Of a stretch of 64,000 nucleotides of DNA, positions 57,768 to 64,000 are shown piece by piece. How positions within the stretch are numbered: position 1 is the first letter of the stretch; every line of letters starts with the position of its first letter. The stretch lies in NCBI GenBank assembly GCA_900316565.1, contig ONDK01000010.1, forward strand, positions 15,129 to 79,128, read 5' to 3'. The DNA comes from an uncultured Prevotella sp. (lineage in GTDB: Bacteria; Bacteroidota; Bacteroidia; Bacteroidales; Bacteroidaceae). The notes beneath the pieces are model-generated. The model was not told the origin of the DNA. It did not search any database and worked only from the letters and a program-made list of their open reading frames with translations. A program made the translations under genes and the position numbers.

Positions 57768-58334
57768 TTATGCCTCTGCCGGAGCCTCGTCCTCAGAAGC
57801 AGCCTCTGTCTCTGCATTCTCAGCCTCAGGAGCAGCCTCAGGAGCTTCAGCCTTCGGCTCTTCCTCTGCCTCAGCCTCAGCCTGCTTTGGCTCTTCCTCT
57901 GCAACGACAGTTACAGGGAGCTTAACCTCAACATCCTTGAAGAAGTGTACGGTAGCCTCGAAGGTACCAACCTTCTTGATGTCGTGCATAGTGATAATCT
58001 TACGATCGATGTCGATGCCCTTCTTCTGAAGTTCATCAGCTACGACGTTTGCGTTTACAGAACCGTAAGTAACGCCGGTTGCCGATACCTTTGCGGGGAT
58101 AACGAGCTCCACGCCATCGAGCTGTGCTGCACGCTTCTCAGCCTCTGCCTTTGCAGCTGCTATCTTAGCGGCCTGCTGCTTCAGGTCCTCGGCGAGCTGC
58201 TTCTTTGCAGACTCTGATGCGATAACGCCCTTACCTGTTGGGATGAGGTAGTTACGGCCGTAACCGTTCTTTACGTTGACAATCTCGTTCTTATATCCGA
58301 GACCGATGATATCTTCTTTAAGTATAATTTCCAT
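57768..58334 (-). CDS. rplI: 50S ribosomal protein L9 with acidic C-terminal extension
   Basis: MEIILKEDI.GLG, VKNGYGRNYLIP, YGSV. Confidence 0.96.
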   Translation of the reverse strand: MEIILKEDIIGLGYKNEIVNVKNGYGRNYLIPTGKGVIASESAKKQLAEDLKQQAAKIAAAKAEAEKRAAQLDGVELVIPAKVSATGVTYGSVNANVVADELQKKGIDIDRKIITMHDIKKVGTFEATVHFFKDVEVKLPVTVVAEEEPKQAEAEAEEEPKAEAPEAAPEAENAETEAASEDEAPAEA

Positions 58335-58355
58335 AATTCTTGCCTCCTCTTTAAA

Positions 58356-58628
58356 TTACTTCATCAAATCGGTTACGTATGGAAGCAGTGCAATCTGGCG
58401 CGCACGCTTTACAGCCTGTGCCACACGGCGCTGATATTTCAGCGAAGTACCGGTGATGCGACGCGGAAGAATCTTACCCTGCTCGTTGAGGAACTTCTTC
58501 AAGAACTCTGGATCCTTATAGTCGATGTACTTGATGCCACTCTTCTTGAAACGGCAATACTTCTTCTTACGGGTGTCGATAGAAGGAGCGGTCAAATAAC
58601 GAATTTCACTCTTTTTCTGCTCTGCCAT
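58356..58628 (-). CDS. rpsR: 30S ribosomal protein S18
   Basis: [27 protein letters not shown]. Confidence 0.97.
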   Translation of the reverse strand: MAEQKKSEIRYLTAPSIDTRKKKYCRFKKSGIKYIDYKDPEFLKKFLNEQGKILPRRITGTSLKYQRRVAQAVKRARQIALLPYVTDLMK

Positions 58629-58630
58629 GA

Positions 58631-58975
58631 TTATGCCTCCTTTTTGCTAGCAAGCTTGTTACGACGCTTCTCTGCATAAGCAGCTGCATACTTATCAAGC
58701 TTAACGGTTATGAAACGAATCACTCTCTCATCACGGCGGAAGCCTGTTTCAAGAGTGTTAACAACTGTCGGCTCAGCCTTGAACTCCAGAAGGTTGTAGA
58801 AGCCAGAAGACTTCTTCTGAATGTTGTAAGCCAACTTCTTCAGACCCCAAGCCTCTTCGTTCAAGATCTCAGCACCGTTATCGGTGAGCAGCTTCTTGAA
58901 TTTAGCGACCGTTTCCTTTGCCTGAGCATCAGACAAAACGGGAGTCAAAATGAAAACGGTTTCGTATTGATTCAT
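58631..58975 (-). CDS. rpsF: 30S ribosomal protein S6
   Basis: [19 protein letters not shown]; TACCTTTG -7 box at 59033-59040. Confidence 0.97.
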   Translation of the reverse strand: MNQYETVFILTPVLSDAQAKETVAKFKKLLTDNGAEILNEEAWGLKKLAYNIQKKSSGFYNLLEFKAEPTVVNTLETGFRRDERVIRFITVKLDKYAAAYAEKRRNKLASKKEA

Positions 58976-59186
58976 ACTACTTTTGAATGTAATTAATTAA
59001 TAAAAATATTGCAGCGTTCTCAAAACGCGGTGCAAAGGTACTGTTTTTTGGTGAGATACAGACTTTAACGGCCTTAGTCTTCTTGATGTTTTAACATTCT
59101 TTACGATTTAGATCCTTAAAAAGTATACTCATGATGCAGAGAAACGGATTCTTTACAATAACTTTGCAGAGAAAAGAGGATTTCTT

Positions 59187-59381
59187 ATGAGAACGATTAA
59201 AAAGTATATTGGCATCACGCTTATAGTTTTAGGTGTTGTCATATTTACATTATATTACTTTCTAAAGATTGACAGCAACGCTCTGTTGCTTACCGGTCTT
59301 GCCGCCGTACTTCTTGGCGTTATAGGCCAGATATGGAGCATGAAGAGAGAAAACGACGGAGCAGATGAAATGAACAAATAG
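59187..59381 (+). CDS. Small two-TM membrane protein
   Basis: Two hydrophobic helices; TAACTTTG -7 box at 59159. Confidence 0.6.
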   Translation: MRTIKKYIGITLIVLGVVIFTLYYFLKIDSNALLLTGLAAVLLGVIGQIWSMKRENDGADEMNK

Positions 59382-59401
59382 ACACTTCTGTAGTACCATC
59401 C

Positions 59402-60046
59402 ATGAAGAGAATAGAATTTAATCATATCGTTCCGGCAGCATTCAGCCACGAGGACAACACCAACTCTGAGATATGGGGTAAGAACATGGTATTCGAAAAG
59501 GGCTGCAAATACCTCATTGAGGCATCTTCCGGCCGTGGCAAGAGTACTTTTTGCAGCTATATCGTGGGCTACCGGCACGACTACGAAGGAGATATCCTCT
59601 TCGACGGAAATGATGTGAAGTGTCTGACAATAGCAGACTGGACTATCATACGGCGTGAGCATATAGGCTATCTGTTCCAGGAGCTCCGACTTTTCCCCGA
59701 GCTCACCACTCTTGAGAATATAAACATCAAGAACTCGCTGACAAACAGCCTCACCGCAGACGAGATAAACGGATGGATAGACCGTCTTGCACTTTCTGAC
59801 AAGAAAGACACGAAGACGGGGCTAATGTCATTCGGACAGCAACAAAGGGTTGCCTTCATACGGGCACTTGCCCAGCCTTTCGACTTTTTAATCCTCGACG
59901 AGCCAATAAGTCATCTTGACGAAAGCAATGCACAAGTAATGAGCGATATCGTTCAGGAAGTGATTTCCAGAAACGGAGCCGGGCTTATCGTTACCAGCAT
60001 TGGAAAGCATCTGAACATTGATTATGACAAGGTCATAAGGCTATAA
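59402..60046 (+). CDS. ABC transporter ATP-binding protein (no permease adjacent)
   Basis: Walker A ASSGRGKST, Q-loop FQE, signature MSFGQQQR, ILDEPISHLD. Confidence 0.88.
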   Translation: MKRIEFNHIVPAAFSHEDNTNSEIWGKNMVFEKGCKYLIEASSGRGKSTFCSYIVGYRHDYEGDILFDGNDVKCLTIADWTIIRREHIGYLFQELRLFPELTTLENINIKNSLTNSLTADEINGWIDRLALSDKKDTKTGLMSFGQQQRVAFIRALAQPFDFLILDEPISHLDESNAQVMSDIVQEVISRNGAGLIVTSIGKHLNIDYDKVIRL

Positions 60047-60307
60047 GCCGATTAATGCATATTCCATATTGCCAGTATTTTAGTAAAAATAATAAGATAA
60101 GCTTAATAGCCACAAAGTTAATATTTTTTTTGAATTATCACAAGTATTAACGTTTTTTTCAAAGCAACTTCTCTGCGCCCCCAGCTCGATACAGGTATGA
60201 ATTTGCGTTGTGCCTCGGTAGATATACTTTGAATCCTTAAAATCAGTGACTGCATCCAATAAAAACATGTAAATAAATTTCAGATCTGAGATTTTTAAAA
60301 TTCATCT

Positions 60308-60462
60308 TGTAACACACTGTAATCCAGTAGATTGCATTTTCCGTACACTTACGTTCTATTTTCCGTACACTTTTTTGTAAATGTAGTACATTTACGATGT
60401 ATTTTCCGTACACTTTCACTGCAAGTGTACTATACTTATTTTGATGTAAATATTTTTGATAT
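60308..60462. repeat. Dispersed element, copy B: 29-bp imperfect palindrome, 3 x TTTTCCGTACACTT, inverted partial motif
   Basis: Palindrome 60308-60336; motifs at 60337, 60359, 60402; AAGTGTAC at 60423. Confidence 0.8.
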
Positions 60463-60575
60463 TTTATATTGCAAAGGAATAGAACTAAAGGCGCCCCAAA
60501 TTGATAAAGACGCAGATTAGTTCTTGCTGCATCATACCGTAGGAGCTGAGTGGATATTTTTCAAAAAGAATAAAC

Positions 60576-60608
60576 AAAAGGCACGCAGAATGTTTTTCTG
60601 CGTGCCTT
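60576..60608 (-). terminator. Terminator after rprY
   Basis: AAGGCACGCAGAA-tgttt-TTCTGCGTGCCTT, with a T-rich tail on the minus strand. Confidence 0.8.
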
Positions 60609-60659
60609 CAACCGTTTTATCATCCGCGGCAGATAGATGGCCGGGCTTCTACCAAATGC

Positions 60660-61367
60660 TTAGTCTGCCTCCGGCACAATAAGCTTATAGCCTTTGCCGT
60701 GGATATTGATGATCTCAATCTGGTCGTCGGCCTTAAGGTGCTTACGGAGCTTGGTGATGTAGACATCCATAGAGCGTGCATTGAAATAGTTGTCGTCGAT
60801 CCAGATGGTCTTCAAAGCATAATCGCGCTGGAGAATCTCGTTGGCATGACTGCAGAGCAATCCGAGGAGCTCGTTCTCCTTTGTTGTGAGCTTTGTCGTC
60901 TTATTGGGATCTCCGTCAAGGGTGAGCAACTGCTTCTGCGTATCAAAGGTGAAACGGCCTATATGATAAAGGGTGCTCTCCTTGTTCTTCTTTCCACGTA
61001 CACGACGGAGGATAGCCTCAACACGCAACACGAGTTCCTCCATGGAGAAAGGCTTGGTAATATAATCGTCGGCGCCAATCTTGAATCCTTCCAGAATATC
61101 CTCTTTCAGGGTCTTTGCCGTAAGGAAAATGATTGGTATTTCCGAATTGGCCTGACGGATTTCCTGCGCCAGAGTGAAGCCATCCTTCTTCGGCATCATG
61201 ACATCAAGCACACAGATGTCGAACTTGCTCTTAAGGAACGCTTTATATCCTGCCTCTCCATCGGGGCAGAGCTCTGCCTGATAGCCTTTAGCCTGTAAAT
61301 ACTCACGAAGCAGCATGCCGAGGTTCTCATCATCCTCGCACAATAGAATCTTAATTGTTTCGTCCAT
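60660..61367 (-). CDS. rprY: OmpR-family response regulator RprY
   Basis: LCEDDENLG, LDVMMP, ADDYITKPF, DNYFNARSMDVYITKLRK. Confidence 0.92.
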   Translation of the reverse strand: MDETIKILLCEDDENLGMLLREYLQAKGYQAELCPDGEAGYKAFLKSKFDICVLDVMMPKKDGFTLAQEIRQANSEIPIIFLTAKTLKEDILEGFKIGADDYITKPFSMEELVLRVEAILRRVRGKKNKESTLYHIGRFTFDTQKQLLTLDGDPNKTTKLTTKENELLGLLCSHANEILQRDYALKTIWIDDNYFNARSMDVYITKLRKHLKADDQIEIINIHGKGYKLIVPEAD

Positions 61368-61404
61368 AATAGTATCCTTTTTATTAATTGTTATATTCTA
61401 AAAT

Positions 61405-62937
61405 TTATTCTGTGATTTCTTCATCATCGGGCGTGAACGGCAATCTTATCGTGAATGTCGTGCCCTTTCCATAAACGCTGTCCACCTTTATCTCACCATC
61501 ATGAAGGTCAACCATCTTCTTCACATACGCCAGTCCGAGTCCGAATCCTTTCACGTCATGACGGTTGCCGGTATGTACGCGGTAGAACTTTTCAAAAATC
61601 TTCTTCTGGTCCTCCTTCTTTATGCCCTGACCAGTGTCGCGAACGCTGAAACAGACTTTATCGCCCTCATTCCATGTCTTGATGTAAACGCTCAGCGGCT
61701 CCTCCGGCTTCGCGTATTTTACGGCATTGTCCATGAGGTTGAAGATGACATTCTGGAAGTGCATCTCGTCGACATAGATTGTAGAATCTACTGCACCAAT
61801 CTCCGTATAGACCTTACCGCCAGTATGTTCCACCCGAAGAGTAAAGCTGTTGGATATCGTCTCTATCATCTCATTAAGGTCGACATGCTTCTTCTTCAGC
61901 ACGGCAGTCTTCTTCTCATACATACTCATCTGCAGGACCTTCTCCACGAGGAACCTCAGCCGTTTGCTCTCATCGAGGACTATTCCGCAGAGGTGGTCGA
62001 GCATCGACGGCGTCTTCTGGATGCTCTTGTCGTTCATCATCTGGGCAGCAAGCGAGATGCTGGCTATCGGGGTCTTCAGCTCATGCGTCATATTGTTGAT
62101 AAAGTCGTTCTTTATCTCCGAATAGCGTTTCTGGCGGAACACCACGACGATGGTGAAGATGAATGTCACAAGCAGGACAAGCGTGAAGATGACCGATGGT
62201 ATCATAAACCGCACGCTAGAGTAGATGTAACTGTTCATATCTGGGAAATAAACCCTTATAACACCCATCTTCGCCTGTGGGTCGTTACGGAACAGAAGCT
62301 GTGTGTACGACTTCTCGTCGATATCCTCCTCACTAGCGTCCGTCGGCCAGTCAGCGCATTTATACACCTCACGACCGTCCTGGGTGGTAACCATAAAATG
62401 GTAGTTGATGCTCGTACCGACGTTGATGCCGTTATTTAGGAGCTCAGCGCGCAGGTCCTGGTCCAGGAGCTTAAAGTTTATCCTCTGACGCAACGGCTTG
62501 TTTGAGGCTGAGTAAAGGATGTTGTAAACGACTTCATTGACCATTGCTTTCTGGTAGACGAAGCGGTTACGGACCATCTGCTGAATGCTTTTCTTCGTTG
62601 ACGATATGGTACCGCTGTCGTTCCGGAGGATCATGGCCTTGGGGATCTGCGAGGGTTTCACCATTGCCGTCTTCTGCTCGAAGGAGGTTGGGGTCCTGCT
62701 GGCACTGGCAGCCTTGGCGTTAGCCGAGTCTTTGCCTACATAATTCTCCAGATAGCGCATCGTCTCGTTGAGCTCAAGGTTCCGTGATGCCTGATACAGA
62801 GCACGGTTCACCGACTCATCGAACTGTTCCTTCTTCATCTCCGCCATCTCCTCAATATAGTTGAGCTGGAGGAAGAGCAAAGCAAGGAACGAAAGCCCCA
62901 TGATGATTGCAACAGTCCAAATCGTTTTCTTTTTCAT
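61405..62937 (-). CDS. rprX: Sensor histidine kinase RprX
   Basis: Two TM helices, NNMTHELKTP H-box, NAVKY, DTGQG, KGFGLGL; upstream of rprY. Confidence 0.9.
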   Translation of the reverse strand: MKKKTIWTVAIIMGLSFLALLFLQLNYIEEMAEMKKEQFDESVNRALYQASRNLELNETMRYLENYVGKDSANAKAASASRTPTSFEQKTAMVKPSQIPKAMILRNDSGTISSTKKSIQQMVRNRFVYQKAMVNEVVYNILYSASNKPLRQRINFKLLDQDLRAELLNNGINVGTSINYHFMVTTQDGREVYKCADWPTDASEEDIDEKSYTQLLFRNDPQAKMGVIRVYFPDMNSYIYSSVRFMIPSVIFTLVLLVTFIFTIVVVFRQKRYSEIKNDFINNMTHELKTPIASISLAAQMMNDKSIQKTPSMLDHLCGIVLDESKRLRFLVEKVLQMSMYEKKTAVLKKKHVDLNEMIETISNSFTLRVEHTGGKVYTEIGAVDSTIYVDEMHFQNVIFNLMDNAVKYAKPEEPLSVYIKTWNEGDKVCFSVRDTGQGIKKEDQKKIFEKFYRVHTGNRHDVKGFGLGLAYVKKMVDLHDGEIKVDSVYGKGTTFTIRLPFTPDDEEITE

Positions 62938-63062
62938 TGTCTTAATCTTTATGCTGCAAAATTACTTTAATTCTTAATCAGTTAACAAGTAAAAGTTAAT
63001 TATTTTATTTAGATTTGCTAATATTAACATATTTCTTGTTTTTTACATTATATTTATCAACT

Positions 63063-63094
63063 AAAAAAGGAGCCACCATTACTGATGACTCCTT
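63063..63094 (-). terminator. Terminator after fusA2
   Basis: Minus strand AAGGAGTCATCA-gtaa-TGGTGGCTCCTT-TTTT. Confidence 0.75.
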
Positions 63095-63179
63095 GTCTAA
63101 AAATTTAAAACATACGATATGACATGAGAATATATTTCGAAGCCTGACCACAATAGCAGCCTGGATCGAAACACTCACA

Positions 63180-64000
63180 TTATTCATCCTCTTGTGTCGC
63201 TTCCTGCTCATGCTGCGCGATAAGCTTCTTCTGCAAATCGTTTGGCACAAGCTCGTAAGAAGCGAACTTTGTCGTAAACGAAGCCCGTCCGCCAGTAAGG
63301 CTGCTTAAGGCAACAGAATAGTTGGACAACTCCTTAAGAGGAATCTTAGCCTGAAGCTTCTGGTATCCGGCCTCAGTGTCCATACCCATTATCATAGCCC
63401 TGCGTCCCTGTAGGTCACTCATCACGTCGCCCATATAATCTGCAGGCACGAAAACCTCAAGGTCATAGATAGGCTCCAATATCTTCGGACCAGCGTCTTT
63501 AAAGGCCTGAGAGAAAGCATGACGTGAAGCCAGCGTGAACGACAGTTCGTTGGAATCCACAGGATGCATCTTACCGTCATAGACCACTACGCGTACATCG
63601 CGTGCATAGCTTCCCGTCAACGGTCCGCTCTCCATGCAGTCCATGACACCTTTGAGGATGGCTGGCATGAACCTCTGGTCGATGGCACCGCCGACAACAG
63701 AGTTGATGAACACCAGTTTCCCGCCCCATGGCAGGTCGCGTTCCTCCTTGCCTTTGATGTTCATCTTGAACTCCTGACCGTTGAACTTATATATTGTCGG
63801 ATCCGGCATACCTTCTGCAAACGGCTCCACGATAAGCGACACCTCACCAAACTGTCCGGCACCGCCCGACTGTTTCTTATGGCGGTATGTAGCACGTGCC
63901 TGCTTTGTTATTGTCTCACGGTAAGGAATCTTAGGCTCCTCAAATTCTACCGGGATTTTCTCATTGTTCTCCAGACGCCATTTCAAGGTCCTCAGATGGA
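63180..64000 (-). CDS. fusA2: Elongation factor G paralog (EF-G2), C-terminal part; 5' end outside the window
   Basis: IPYRETI, HKKQSGGAGQFGEV, DGKMHPVDS, LEPI, DLQGRR; domain IV insert; located upstream of rprXY. Confidence 0.88.
   Translation of the reverse strand, partial: HLRTLKWRLENNEKIPVEFEEPKIPYRETITKQARATYRHKKQSGGAGQFGEVSLIVEPFAEGMPDPTIYKFNGQEFKMNIKGKEERDLPWGGKLVFINSVVGGAIDQRFMPAILKGVMDCMESGPLTGSYARDVRVVVYDGKMHPVDSNELSFTLASRHAFSQAFKDAGPKILEPIYDLEVFVPADYMGDVMSDLQGRRAMIMGMDTEAGYQKLQAKIPLKELSNYSVALSSLTGGRASFTTKFASYELVPNDLQKKLIAQHEQEATQEDE

Noticed and set aside
60080-60520. Short ORFs 60080-60268 and 60332-60520 (and 48447-48650)
   Set aside because: They are AT-rich, have no motifs, and lie in or beside the non-coding repeat element.
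1-64000. tRNA, rRNA, IS, prophage or defence genes
   Set aside because: None was recognised by eye and nearly all sequence is accounted for by protein genes. A covariance-model search was not run, so small RNAs could be missed.

Overview
This window is core chromosomal DNA from a Bacteroidales bacterium, most likely Prevotella/Prevotellaceae (TAnnTTTG -7 promoters, bat operon, T9SS C-terminal domain, TamL, RprXY, EF-G2). It holds about 55 protein genes. These include nadE, queA, the moxR-DUF58-batABC-batD/E cluster, three HU-family genes, rimO, ftsY, rpmB-rpmG, glmM, a pectate lyase locus, tamL, pheT, ispE, a hexuronate catabolism cluster (kdgK, eda, LacI regulator, uxaA), RNase E/G, fabD, rpsF-rpsR-rplI, rprXY and a partial fusA2. 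Two small ribosomal-protein genes missing from the ORF track were found by hand (DUF4295/bL38-like and bS22-like). I found no tRNA, rRNA, CRISPR array, transposase or integrase. The most interesting signals are: (1) an RpoD-like sigma paralog behind a sigma54-type -24/-12 motif, followed by two membrane-anchored zinc-ribbon proteins; (2) a dispersed non-coding element at about 48.55 kb and 60.3 kb, made of a 29-bp imperfect palindrome plus helically phased TTTTCCGTACACTT repeats; (3) a duplicated histidine kinase whose candidate phospho-His and intact ATP-binding domain lie in different halves; (4) a small T9SS-CTD protein paired with a CTD-less pectate lyase, suggesting piggy-back secretion; (5) a GH13 enzyme fused to an AlaX-like editing domain; (6) a 76-80 bp promoter cassette shared by pheT and ispE. 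All family assignments come from reading motifs by eye, not from database searches.
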